64,000 nt of DNA, from IMG/VR virus record IMGVR_UViG_3300042517_001086; one strand, written 5' to 3'. Under the pieces are notes generated by a model. It was not told the DNA's origin. It saw only the letters and a list, made by a program, of their open reading frames with translations, and did no database searches. This stretch comes from an uncultured virus (IMG/VR IMGVR_UViG_3300042517_001086) (lineage: Duplodnaviria > Heunggongvirae > Uroviricota > Caudoviricetes). Each line of letters opens with the position of its first letter. Within the stretch, counting starts at the first letter, position 1. The position numbers were made by a program, and so were the translations under genes. Below, one piece after another: positions 9,949 to 19,839 of this stretch.

Positions 9949-11236
9949 AGCCAAGACTCAAACAGCCACAAAGAGTAATAAAGTAGAGACTATTTTTATT
10001 CAGATAGCTTCGTATCGAGATCCTCAACTCCTCCCAACCTTGAGAGATTTGTTTAGTAAAGCAAAAAATCCAAATAATATCACTGTTGGAATATGCTGGC
10101 AACATTCTCCAGATGATACATGGGATGTCCTAGCAGAGTTTGAAAACGATCCAAGAATAAAAGCTATAAACATAGACTATAAAGATAGTCAAGGTGTTTG
10201 CTGGGCTAGAAATTTAGTTCAATCTCTATATAATGGAGAAACATATACTCTACAACTAGATAGTCACCACAGATTCGTTCAAGACTGGGATGAAATCTTA
10301 ATAGATATGCTAAAAGGTTTACAAAAAGACGGCTACAATAAACCGTTAATAACAGCATATATACCCAGCTTCGATCCAGACAATGATCCCGCATCCAGAG
10401 TTCAAGAGCCTTGGAAAATGAATTTTGATAGATTCATTCCTGAAGGAGCAGTTTTCTTTTTACCTGCCTCTTTTGATTCTTGGGACGATAAAACCAAACC
10501 TCTTCCAGGCAGATTTTATAGTGCTCATTTTGCTTTTAGCGTAGGAGCATTTTGTAAGGAGGTTCCTCACGATCCTCAATATTATTTTCATGGTGAAGAA
10601 ATTAGTATTGCGGCTAGAGCATATACTCATGGGTATGATATATTCCATCCTCATAAGGTTGTTTGTTGGCATGAATATACCAGAAAGGGAAGAACCAAGC
10701 AGTGGGATGATGATAAAAAATGGGGAGACAGGAATAATATCTGTCATCTACGAAACAGAAAATTGTTTGAAATGGATGGAGAAAAAAGAGATATAGATTT
10801 TGGCCAATATGGTTTTGGCACAGTAAGATCTTTGAGAGATTACGAAAAATATAGTGGATTATCATTTGGTAAAAGAGCTATACAAAAAAGAGTACAGGAT
10901 CATCAAGCACCACCAGATCCAGAAACATCCTATCTACCCGATGAGGATTTTGATAAAAGACTATTAAGGATATTCAAGCATTGCATAGATATTCAATATG
11001 GTCAAGTACCAGAAAATGATTATGATTTTTGGGCTGTTGCTTTTAAAGATAAAGAAGGTCGAGATATATACAGGCAGGACGCAGATAAAGACGAAATACT
11101 ACGTATTAAAAATGATCCAGATGGATATTGCAAGGTGTGGAGAGAGTTTCAAACAGAAGTTACTCCAACAAGCTGGTTGATTTGGCCTCATAGCTTATCA
11201 AAAGGATGGGCAGAACCGATTGTAGGGTATCTGTAA
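9920..11236 (+). CDS. Gnt1/GT60-like polypeptide GlcNAc transferase
   Basis: IFIQIASYRD, GVCWAR, LQLDSHHRF..WD, YFHGEE, RAYTHGYD, HEY.R match the Skp1-type GlcNAc-transferase pattern. Confidence 0.85.
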   Translation: MKRTNAKKIKAKTQTATKSNKVETIFIQIASYRDPQLLPTLRDLFSKAKNPNNITVGICWQHSPDDTWDVLAEFENDPRIKAINIDYKDSQGVCWARNLVQSLYNGETYTLQLDSHHRFVQDWDEILIDMLKGLQKDGYNKPLITAYIPSFDPDNDPASRVQEPWKMNFDRFIPEGAVFFLPASFDSWDDKTKPLPGRFYSAHFAFSVGAFCKEVPHDPQYYFHGEEISIAARAYTHGYDIFHPHKVVCWHEYTRKGRTKQWDDDKKWGDRNNICHLRNRKLFEMDGEKRDIDFGQYGFGTVRSLRDYEKYSGLSFGKRAIQKRVQDHQAPPDPETSYLPDEDFDKRLLRIFKHCIDIQYGQVPENDYDFWAVAFKDKEGRDIYRQDADKDEILRIKNDPDGYCKVWREFQTEVTPTSWLIWPHSLSKGWAEPIVGYL

Positions 11237-11856
11237 AACGTCTTATGCCAATATTTTCAAATATTAGTGCTATTGGAGATTCTCATGTTGGTGCTTTTTC
11301 ACCATACTGTAGATTATGTACTCTTGGTCCAGTTACCATGTATTCATTGACAACAGATAAGCTTAATGAATATATTGTTTATTTGCTTGAACGAAAAGAA
11401 ATAGATATTAATGGCTGGTGGATTTTTTGTACTGGCGAAATAGATATAAGATGCTTATTACACAAACAAATAAATGAGTACGGTAGAAAAGAGGACGAGA
11501 CTATAGAAACATTGGTAGAGAATTATATATCCAATCTATATAAGCTGAATCACACCAAGTTAGCCATATCAACCACAGTACCACCTGCAAAAACAGAAGG
11601 TTTTGAAGTTCAACAAAAACATACCATTAATTCTGACTACCCTTTCAAGGGATCAGATTCAGAAAGAAACAGATGGTCTCAAAAATTAAATCACTATTTA
11701 ATAAATAAGTGCATAGAAAAAAACATTACTTATATAGATATATACTCTCTATTCAAGAACAACGAAGGATTTTTAGATCATCAATATATAGACGCAGATA
11801 TGATACATGTTTCAAAAAATGATAAAATTGTCACATTACTTAATAATTTATACTAG
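11206..11856 (+). CDS. SGNH-hydrolase-fold protein (sugar O-acyl esterase/transferase)
   Basis: IGDSH, GEIDIR, terminal DMIH. Confidence 0.75.
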   Translation: MGRTDCRVSVKRLMPIFSNISAIGDSHVGAFSPYCRLCTLGPVTMYSLTTDKLNEYIVYLLERKEIDINGWWIFCTGEIDIRCLLHKQINEYGRKEDETIETLVENYISNLYKLNHTKLAISTTVPPAKTEGFEVQQKHTINSDYPFKGSDSERNRWSQKLNHYLINKCIEKNITYIDIYSLFKNNEGFLDHQYIDADMIHVSKNDKIVTLLNNLY

Positions 11857-11864
11857 GAGAAACT

Positions 11865-12605
11865 ATGAATTTGCTTTCCGCCCTGACGACATATAATGTT
11901 AATTCGAATAAAATGAGAATAGGTAATGAGCACGATGGTGGATATATTATCAATGATCTCATAGTTAAAAATACCAAAAGATTAATTTCTGTAGGAATAG
12001 GCGGAGAAGACAATTTTGAATTACAGTGGGCAGAAAAATTCCCAACAACATTCATAGAAGCATACGACGGAACGTATCCGTGTAACAATTTATGTAATAA
12101 ATTTCCTGATAGAATTAACAAAAACATTTTTTACGTTCATAATGACGTTGGTTTTGGAGAAAAACAAATTCCTCTCAATACAATCGTAGATAGTAAAGAA
12201 GGAGTTTTATTAAAAGTTGATATAGAAGGTGGTGAATATACTGCATTTGATAATTTATATCCAGACAGGAATCTAACAGGACTCATCTTAGAAGTCCACG
12301 ATTTACATATACCTGAGAATTGTCAAAAAATAGCAAAAATAATCACTGAAAATTTCAAAAACTTGCTTCTTTTCCATGTTCACGGAAATTCGTGGGGAGG
12401 TATGTTTGATTTGAACTTGACACCCAATGTCAATGATGGTATACTAATCAAGAGGTTTCCTCATGTGCTAGAACTGACATTCATATCAAAGCATATTGTA
12501 GATAATTACTCTCTTGAAAAGCGTAAATTCCCTGTGGATGGTTTGGATAATACTAACAGACATGATTTTCCTGACATAGATCTTTATTGGATAAATGCTA
12601 TATGA
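11865..12605 (+). CDS. FkbM/Methyltransf_22-like methyltransferase
   Basis: RIGNEHDGGY, LKVDIEGGEY, LEVH, HVHGN, LELTF. Confidence 0.8.
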   Translation: MNLLSALTTYNVNSNKMRIGNEHDGGYIINDLIVKNTKRLISVGIGGEDNFELQWAEKFPTTFIEAYDGTYPCNNLCNKFPDRINKNIFYVHNDVGFGEKQIPLNTIVDSKEGVLLKVDIEGGEYTAFDNLYPDRNLTGLILEVHDLHIPENCQKIAKIITENFKNLLLFHVHGNSWGGMFDLNLTPNVNDGILIKRFPHVLELTFISKHIVDNYSLEKRKFPVDGLDNTNRHDFPDIDLYWINAI

Positions 12606-13462
12606 TATACATCTCGCTATGTGCTATGCCAGATAGATTAGAGACTAAAGATAGTTCGTCCCAATGTTTATCTTCTTTATTAGAACAAGAAACAACCCAT
12701 GAATATAAAGTTCTTTTAAATATTCCTTTAAAGTTAAGGAACTACGAAAATACAACTATACCACAATGGGTATTGGATTTAGAAGCAACATATAGCGGTA
12801 AGCTTATGATTCTTAGAGATGATACGGACTATGGACCAATATCTAATCTATTGTCTCCCATTAAGCTAATAAGTATGGATCCAAATGACATTATTATTAT
12901 TTGTGATGATGATCATATGTATGATCCAAAAATGATCGAATACCATCTTAAAAAATTGCAACAATATCCCGACCATCATGCTATTTGCTTTAGGGGTAAT
13001 CAACCACTAGAACTAAGAACGTGGTATATAGATAATGTTAAATATGGTAAACTCTATAATTCCTGTGTTTTATTTCCAACAAGAAATGATATTTATTTAA
13101 AATTGCCTGATCATTGGCATAGCGTATCATATCGTAGAAAGTTTATTCAACAAGACATTTTTGATCAAGATTTTTTAAATATATCTTGGAATAACGACAT
13201 TTTAATGGGATGTTATGCATGGTCTCATGACTTTTATTTCTTATGCGCTAACTATGATCAAGAGAGTGATTTTAGACCCGTTAACTATGATGGTCGAGGA
13301 GCTAATTCTTTTCCTTTAATGAAGATGCTTCCATTTTCTGGAGACAGTGGGTGCAATAGATGGAGAGATAAAAATAAGAAACCGGGTGAAGATATATGGG
13401 ATTTAGAAAAATTTCGACAACTATTTGATAAGGATAAAGGAATAATACAATTATGGAAATAA
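12602..13462 (+). CDS. GT-A glycosyltransferase
   Basis: ISL..MPDR, DYGP, IIICDDDHMY; paralogous to the next gene. Confidence 0.7.
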   Translation: MIYISLCAMPDRLETKDSSSQCLSSLLEQETTHEYKVLLNIPLKLRNYENTTIPQWVLDLEATYSGKLMILRDDTDYGPISNLLSPIKLISMDPNDIIIICDDDHMYDPKMIEYHLKKLQQYPDHHAICFRGNQPLELRTWYIDNVKYGKLYNSCVLFPTRNDIYLKLPDHWHSVSYRRKFIQQDIFDQDFLNISWNNDILMGCYAWSHDFYFLCANYDQESDFRPVNYDGRGANSFPLMKMLPFSGDSGCNRWRDKNKKPGEDIWDLEKFRQLFDKDKGIIQLWK

Positions 13463-14223
13463 TCATATCTCTAACAACTGTACCTAATAGGTTATATGAG
13501 CATCACGGTCATTCAGCCACTAGGGCTGCTCTCACCACTCTATTAGAACAGTCATATCCTTCATATTCTGTTCACTTAAATATTCCTTTAGAATATAGAG
13601 GAGAGCAAGTTTCTATACCAGATTGGCTTAATGACTACACAAATAAGTACAAACATCTAAAAGTTTTTTTAACACAAGACTATGGATCAATAACCAAGCT
13701 AATACCAACTCTAGAGAGAGTTGAAGATCCAGAAAGCATTATCATATTAGCAGATGATGATCTTTACTATATGGACGGATTAATTTCTGCACATATCAAT
13801 GGAAGACAAAAATATCCAGACTACGCATTAGGTTTTGCTGGTATGGCAGCAATAGATGGCTCATGTCACTTTTGTACAACAATACCAAAGGATACCAGAG
13901 TTAAGGTTTTAGAAGGATACAAAACAGTATCATACCTAAGAAAATTTTTTGACATTAATGAACTCAAAAAAGATTTTGTTGGTAAGTCTTGGAGAGATGA
14001 CGAAACATTATCGGCTTATATGGGGTATAAAAACATTAAAAAATTAGTATTATCATATGAAGGGGATACTGACTTTTCTCCAAGAGTAGAGTCTTTTCCA
14101 GTAACTGGTCATGTTCCAGCAGAAAGAGGTGGATGTAATTTATTCAGGGACTGTTCTGATTCCCAAAACAAGTCAGAACAAAATATACAGGAATTTTTTA
14201 AACTTGGTTACTTAGAAAGATAA
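13453..14223 (+). CDS. GT-A glycosyltransferase
   Basis: ISLTTVPNR, DYGSITKL, ILADDDLYY, DDETLS. Confidence 0.75.
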   Translation: MEIIISLTTVPNRLYEHHGHSATRAALTTLLEQSYPSYSVHLNIPLEYRGEQVSIPDWLNDYTNKYKHLKVFLTQDYGSITKLIPTLERVEDPESIIILADDDLYYMDGLISAHINGRQKYPDYALGFAGMAAIDGSCHFCTTIPKDTRVKVLEGYKTVSYLRKFFDINELKKDFVGKSWRDDETLSAYMGYKNIKKLVLSYEGDTDFSPRVESFPVTGHVPAERGGCNLFRDCSDSQNKSEQNIQEFFKLGYLER

Positions 14224-14225
14224 TT

Positions 14226-14606
14226 ATGAAATACTTTTATTGTGTCATTTTGGTCATTCTTTTGTCTAGCAGCACTAAAGCTCAACAATGGTCTAATCCT
14301 GAAAATGCTAATCTTACAAGCACTATGACAAATATGATGGTTAATTTTGGTATAGCAGGAATGCAGTCATCCCAACCTTATGCAGCAAATAATACTAATC
14401 AATATCTAGATTATCAAAATGGATATTATCAAGAACTACAAAATAATTTAACTAGAACTGAAATATATTTTCAAAAAAGACAAACTAATATGTACTACAG
14501 AGAACTTGAGTTTATTCAAAAACGAGAACTCAAAAATCTTAAAAAATATGATCAGTTGACCATACCAGAGCTTAATAGAATTTTTGGGAAAGATAGCAGA
14601 TATTAA
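14226..14606 (+). CDS. exported hypothetical protein
   Basis: signal peptide MKYFYCVILVILLSSSTKA; Q/N/Y-rich body. Confidence 0.6.
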   Translation: MKYFYCVILVILLSSSTKAQQWSNPENANLTSTMTNMMVNFGIAGMQSSQPYAANNTNQYLDYQNGYYQELQNNLTRTEIYFQKRQTNMYYRELEFIQKRELKNLKKYDQLTIPELNRIFGKDSRY

Positions 14607-15538
14607 AATATTGGATTTACAATCCCATAACCTTGATATTTTTTTATTCCTTTATATCTAGGATTTTCTAAAGAAATAGCATGTAGTTTAAATACTTCTA
14701 TATAGTCTTCAAATGTTTTAAGCTGATATTTTTTATGCTTATTATTATAGCTTAATAGTAATGAAGCACAACCGACGACAAATGGATTGCTCATGCTTGT
14801 TCCGCTCATACTAGCATATCTATTTCCTGGAACACATCCAATAATATTGTGACCAGGAGCCAAAAAGTCTAAATCATCTCCACTACAGGTAAATGAAGTT
14901 CTATTCATATTTTCGTCTATTGCTCCTATAGATATAGTATTTTTATATCTAGCTGGATACATTATTTCGGCATTTTCTCCGCTATTTCCAGCAGCGCAAA
15001 AAACAACACATCCCTTACTATTAGCATAAGTGATAGCATCCTCTATAACCTTCGCCGGTGCTGGTGAACCAAGACTCATAGTTATAAAATCTACATCTCC
15101 GTGGTTTGCAGCCCAGTAAATTCCGTCTGCAACTGTGTTCATTGATCCTGAACCATCGTCTCCAAGTGATTTAACCGGAATAATTTTAGTCATAGGAGCA
15201 ACTCCAACCATGCCAAAACCATTATCTGACGCAGCTATAGTAGAAGAAACATGCGTTCCGTGACCAGCACCATCTATTGGTTCTTTATTTTGATTAATAA
15301 AATTTTTCCCAGGTAATAAATTATCTACTAAGTCTTTATGGGTTAGGTCACATCCTGTGTCTATAACAGCTACGACTACTCCTTCTCCTTTAGACTCTTT
15401 CCATAGATTAGGCACATTAAATTTTGTAAGTTCCCATCCCTTAAATTGTGGATCATTCACAGATAGTCCATACACATCCTCTCTAACATATGGTAACAGT
15501 GAAATATTATTTTTCTTTTTTAAAAAACCTCTAGCCAT
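14603..15538 (-). CDS. subtilisin-like serine protease (S8)
   Basis: VAVIDTG, GHGTHV, AAGNSG, SGTSMS catalytic motifs. Confidence 0.95.
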   Translation of the reverse strand: MARGFLKKKNNISLLPYVREDVYGLSVNDPQFKGWELTKFNVPNLWKESKGEGVVVAVIDTGCDLTHKDLVDNLLPGKNFINQNKEPIDGAGHGTHVSSTIAASDNGFGMVGVAPMTKIIPVKSLGDDGSGSMNTVADGIYWAANHGDVDFITMSLGSPAPAKVIEDAITYANSKGCVVFCAAGNSGENAEIMYPARYKNTISIGAIDENMNRTSFTCSGDDLDFLAPGHNIIGCVPGNRYASMSGTSMSNPFVVGCASLLLSYNNKHKKYQLKTFEDYIEVFKLHAISLENPRYKGIKKYQGYGIVNPIF

Positions 15539-15540
15539 GA

Positions 15541-16290
15541 TTACTCCTTAGCTTGTTTTAGTGTTTTTTTTATCCAATCGTGGAATAAACTTACCCTAGT
15601 ATGACAACTTTCGTCTGTATATGTTGAGTTTGGCTTCCCGTCATAGCCTATAACAGACGAGTGGATTCCGGCAAGTTTGTTGCCTATGAACAAACCCCCG
15701 CCACTATCCCCACTACCTATAAGATATTCTAGTTCTGTCATTTTCTCGTTTCTTCTCGATGGCGAGCAGATTAAAATCTTTCTTTCTGTTCTATCTATAA
15801 AATTAGATCCAGCTCTTTTTTTTCCATCTGCTCTTTCAATACCAGTATTAAATGTTCCAGTAAATCCCAAACCGGCCATAGAGCATACTTTACCTACCTC
15901 ATCTGAATCAATATATAATTCAGGATAATGGTCTAATTTAATTTCTTTTTCTATATAACCTAAAGCAATATCATTATAACCAAATACTTCTGTTTTATAA
16001 TCTTCGTGAATAATAACTTTATCAATCTTGTATTGTTCTTCACCCACTGTAACTGACCAACTATGGCAATTTTCTACCACATGAGCAGCTGTAATTATCC
16101 AATGTGGATCTATTATAACAGCAGATCCACAAGACAGTCCTTTGCCGTCAAAACAACATAGTTTAACAACACTATGAAATTTAGACCCATATTCTACATA
16201 CCTTGAGTCTGGAGTATTAGGATCTATGGTTCCAGAATAAGCTGCAGAACCTATCAAAAATACTACTAAAGCTAGTAAAAATTGACGCAT
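15541..16290 (-). CDS. secreted trypsin-like serine protease (S1)
   Basis: signal peptide, TAAHV, DIAL, GDSGGG. Confidence 0.9.
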   Translation of the reverse strand: MRQFLLALVVFLIGSAAYSGTIDPNTPDSRYVEYGSKFHSVVKLCCFDGKGLSCGSAVIIDPHWIITAAHVVENCHSWSVTVGEEQYKIDKVIIHEDYKTEVFGYNDIALGYIEKEIKLDHYPELYIDSDEVGKVCSMAGLGFTGTFNTGIERADGKKRAGSNFIDRTERKILICSPSRRNEKMTELEYLIGSGDSGGGLFIGNKLAGIHSSVIGYDGKPNSTYTDESCHTRVSLFHDWIKKTLKQAKE

Positions 16291-16603
16291 GGTTTTGCAC
16301 TTTGGGAGAATAGGGACGATTCTTAACCTTATTTAAATACACCGAGCAATCATTAATCACGTCAACATTCCAACTACTATAATCCATTAAATGGCCAAAA
16401 ACAAAATGACAATCAGAACACAAAGTAATAAGATTAGTTAAATCCAACTCTCTGCTTGGATTGACATGAAAAGGCTCTATATGATGTACCTGAATTTTTT
16501 TGCATGAACCGCAAGCCATGCAGCAGGGTTGTGATAGTAGGTGTTTTTTTCTTATTAATGACCATTTAGGAGATCTGTCGGATAAAATATTCCACATTTT
16601 CAC
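16217..16603 (-). CDS. small HNH endonuclease
   Basis: CMACG, VHHIEP, NLITLCSDCH. Confidence 0.8.
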   Translation of the reverse strand: MKMWNILSDRSPKWSLIRKKHLLSQPCCMACGSCKKIQVHHIEPFHVNPSRELDLTNLITLCSDCHFVFGHLMDYSSWNVDVINDCSVYLNKVKNRPYSPKVQNHASIFTSFSSIFDRFCSLFWNHRS

Positions 16604-16607
16604 TATA

Positions 16608-17180
16608 TTATCCGCTTATTTCCATATAAATACAGTAATTCCCAACATTATCAAACCATGTTCCACTATCCCATATTCCACAATATACATATCCAGAGGA
16701 TGGGGCAACTATATTTCCTCCCAATCCTATATAAAATGATCCAGTAGTAGTAAACGGTATTGAAGAAGCATCTGTTGTTGATAAAACGCCAAATACTGCA
16801 TTATAATTGTTTATAAAAACATTAGGAGTACTATAAATGCCACGAGCATCACTAATACAAGCACCAACAGCACAAGAAACACACCCTCTAACAGAGAAAC
16901 TTATAGTCTGACCCGCTGTCACAAACTGCTGACCAATTCTTTTAAGTGTTGCTCCATCGGAATAAACTAATGATGTTTCAATGGGTAGGCACGTAATACT
17001 TTCGGCACTTATACACATTCTGGTTGGCGTGGGTGTGATTGTTGGTGTGGGTGTAGGGGTATTAGTTTTTGTTATTGTGGGTGTTAGACTTACTGTTGGA
17101 GTTATTGTTGGTGCTGGTGTGCTGCTACTCAGGGGTTTTTGAGTAGCTACTGGACAGCAATTTATATTAATAATTGTCAT
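16608..17180 (-). CDS. Thr/Pro-rich protein with C-terminal lectin-like beta domain
   Basis: NCCP leader, TP repeats, then FYIG...SGYVYCGIWD..WFDNVG pattern resembling PA-IL-like domains. Confidence 0.55.
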   Translation of the reverse strand: MTIININCCPVATQKPLSSSTPAPTITPTVSLTPTITKTNTPTPTPTITPTPTRMCISAESITCLPIETSLVYSDGATLKRIGQQFVTAGQTISFSVRGCVSCAVGACISDARGIYSTPNVFINNYNAVFGVLSTTDASSIPFTTTGSFYIGLGGNIVAPSSGYVYCGIWDSGTWFDNVGNYCIYMEISG

Positions 17181-17767
17181 ATTTTATAACCACTTACTCT
17201 TGAGATCATAGGTCCAAAACATCCACCCGGAGATATTGATTCAAATTTTAGTAATGTACTATTAGAATTAGCAGTAAAAGTCTCAGAAATAGTATTCCAG
17301 CCAAAAGTTTCTGCTGAAACTTGAAACCCATAACTTGGACACGTATAAGTATATGTTTTATTAAGTATTATATTAGTACCAGTTAGCGTTAATTTCATAA
17401 CTTTATCAGCAACATTATTATCAAAACGCACCCCACAATTTCCGCTTAGATCAAAATAAATTACATAATTTTGTCCAGGTATTGTTGTAATAGTTTGACT
17501 GATATATCCAATCCCACAAGCGTTTAAGTCTACAAAATATCTATCAAAACCATAATAATTATAATCTACAGAACTAAAAGTCCAATTACTAAGGGAATTT
17601 TCTAATGATCCGTTTATCACTATGTTAACAGGTTCTGCGCTTGGCGTAGGCGTTATTGTTTGTGTAGGAGTAGGGGTATTGGTTTTTGTTATCGTGGGAG
17701 TAGGAGTAACACTACTTAATGGTTTTTGAGTAGACACTGGACAGCAATTAATACTTATGATGCTCAT
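17177..17767 (-). CDS. Thr/Pro-rich protein with DUF642/galactose-binding-like domain
   Basis: NCCP leader, TP repeats, NIVINGSLE...VDLN...ISQTITT.PGQNY...FTA...LKFES...GPMI. Confidence 0.7.
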   Translation of the reverse strand: MSIISINCCPVSTQKPLSSVTPTPTITKTNTPTPTQTITPTPSAEPVNIVINGSLENSLSNWTFSSVDYNYYGFDRYFVDLNACGIGYISQTITTIPGQNYVIYFDLSGNCGVRFDNNVADKVMKLTLTGTNIILNKTYTYTCPSYGFQVSAETFGWNTISETFTANSNSTLLKFESISPGGCFGPMISRVSGYKI

Positions 17768-19836
17768 GGGATATAGTTAATTTCTCTTTGGGCTATAAAA
17801 TAGTAGGTGGGTTCTGGTGTAGGTTGAGGCGTAGAACTTGGTGGTGGTGTAGAGCTTGGGGTTGCTGCCGGTGTGCTGCTAGATGTTGGTTCTGGAGTTT
17901 GAGTCGGAGTAATACTTGGAGTTGTTGTTATTGTCGGCGTTACGGTAGCAGTTGGTGTTGGGGTTGGAGTTACGCAGCATGATTCAAAGCAATACGTTCC
18001 AGGAAATGATACCCAAGAACTTGGAATATTAGATGGCGAAACAGATGTAGAATCAAAATATGCATCTTGACAATTTGTAAAATGCATAGCCCTAATTCTA
18101 AAAGTTAGAGGCTGATCCGCACTTGTGCAAGTACCGTCTCCACTTTTATTCTCAAAACTATTTAGATAATACTGATAAGATGAAGCGTTAGGATTAAATA
18201 TGCAGATATTATCTACTATATCATCAACCGATCCGCTTTGACCATTTGCGTCCAGTGCTTGTATCTGATACCCCTCTATACAGCCTTGACTACCTGGTTC
18301 AGTATTTCTGTTCCATGTTAAATATATAATTACTTGGTTAGGGCTTTCAGTACCATCCTTTATACATGAACAGGCAGCACTTTGAATACTAGGAGTTAAT
18401 AACTGACAATTATTTGTTGGCGTTGGGGTCGGACTTTGGCTAGGCGGTGGAGTACAACAATTACAATTACTTGTATTTCCCTCAAATGCCCATACTGGAG
18501 GAACATTACATTGACAGGCAGTAGATATTCCAGTTATATTTAATCCTCCAACACAAGAAATATTAGCACTTGCTGTCCATTTATTAGCACATGAACTAGA
18601 ACCAGTATATGCTACACTAGGATCACAAGTAACTGACATAAAGTATGTATCGCCACAAGCCAATGTGCCGCTACTAGTCCAATAATTTGGCATGACTTTA
18701 GTAAATAACAAATCTAGACTTATAGTTCTGGTTATATTGTTACAATTTAATACAAATGTAGTCAAACCATTCCAGTCGCAGCAAGTAGCTCTACTTGGAG
18801 ATGGCGTTAATGTCTGAGATGCTGTTAATGAAGGCGTTGGAGTTAGCGTTCTGGTGACTGTTTGGGTTGGTGTTCTTGTTGGAGTAGGAGTGCAACAACT
18901 GCAATTATCAAAATTGCCAACAAAACTCCAAATAGGAGGAGCGTTACATTGACAGGCTTCTTTTATTCCAGTAATTATTAGACCAGTAACACAGGATATG
19001 GTTAATGAAGAAGTCCATTTATTTATACATGAACCTGATCCTGTGTATCTAGCATTTGGATCACATGTTATCGTAGAACTAAAAGTATCTCCACATGATA
19101 AACTTCCACTAGCTTGCCATGTATTTGCTGCTGTTTTTGTATAGGCTACTGGAATGACTAAATTGCCACAAGAAGCATCAAACTGTAAGAATGTATTACC
19201 GTCCCACTCACAACATGTAACAGTAGATGGGCTTGGAGTATTTGTCGGAGTAGCAGTAATTGTGATAGAAGGAGTAATAGAGGGTGTTACTGTAGCAGTA
19301 GCAGATCTTGTGATAGTAACTGTTGGGGTTTGGCTTACTGTAATACTTGGTGTTTGCGTTGGTGTTTGCGTAGGTGTTGGTGTCTGTGTATTGGTCTGAG
19401 TAATACTAGGAGTTAGTGTAGGGGTCGATGTAGCTGTTCGACTATTAGTGGGGGTTGCAGTTGGTGTTCTTGTATTAGTAGGGGTGTTTGTTCTAGTTGT
19501 TGTTATGCTTGGAGTTACGGTAGGGGTTACTGTTCTTGTTAGTGTTCTAGTTGGTGTTCTTGTTGGGGTAACTGTTCTAGTTACAGTAATGCTTGGAGTT
19601 ATTGTAGGGGTAAGTGTTGGTGTCGGTGTTGGCGTTTTTTTAGGGGTTCTAGTTGGTGTTGGAGTTTTAGTAGGTGTCTTAGTAGGCGTTTTACTAAGGG
19701 AATTTCTATCTATAAAAGGACACCCATCATCCGACCCTATCCTTGGAGGTTTTGGAGTTTCTGTTGGTGTTCTGGTTGGTGTTGGAGATGGCGGAAGTAT
19801 TTTCCGCTCATTTTGTCCGTTCATTCTGTTTGTCAT
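17764..19836 (-). CDS. mucin-like Thr/Pro/Ser-rich protein with two tandem Cys-rich domains
   Basis: long TP/TR repeat tracts; duplicated CC.W.G.T...L.CGDT...CDP...C.NKW...CQCN.PP.W.F.GN...C.CC domain. Confidence 0.8.
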   Translation of the reverse strand: MTNRMNGQNERKILPPSPTPTRTPTETPKPPRIGSDDGCPFIDRNSLSKTPTKTPTKTPTPTRTPKKTPTPTPTLTPTITPSITVTRTVTPTRTPTRTLTRTVTPTVTPSITTTRTNTPTNTRTPTATPTNSRTATSTPTLTPSITQTNTQTPTPTQTPTQTPSITVSQTPTVTITRSATATVTPSITPSITITATPTNTPSPSTVTCCEWDGNTFLQFDASCGNLVIPVAYTKTAANTWQASGSLSCGDTFSSTITCDPNARYTGSGSCINKWTSSLTISCVTGLIITGIKEACQCNAPPIWSFVGNFDNCSCCTPTPTRTPTQTVTRTLTPTPSLTASQTLTPSPSRATCCDWNGLTTFVLNCNNITRTISLDLLFTKVMPNYWTSSGTLACGDTYFMSVTCDPSVAYTGSSSCANKWTASANISCVGGLNITGISTACQCNVPPVWAFEGNTSNCNCCTPPPSQSPTPTPTNNCQLLTPSIQSAACSCIKDGTESPNQVIIYLTWNRNTEPGSQGCIEGYQIQALDANGQSGSVDDIVDNICIFNPNASSYQYYLNSFENKSGDGTCTSADQPLTFRIRAMHFTNCQDAYFDSTSVSPSNIPSSWVSFPGTYCFESCCVTPTPTPTATVTPTITTTPSITPTQTPEPTSSSTPAATPSSTPPPSSTPQPTPEPTYYFIAQREINYIP

Positions 19837-19839
19837 TTA

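Noticed and set aside
1..14223. Cellular O-antigen or capsule locus
   Set aside because: No wzx/wzy/ABC export genes, and it is contiguous with clear phage genes (rIIA/rIIB, HNH, early gene arrays)
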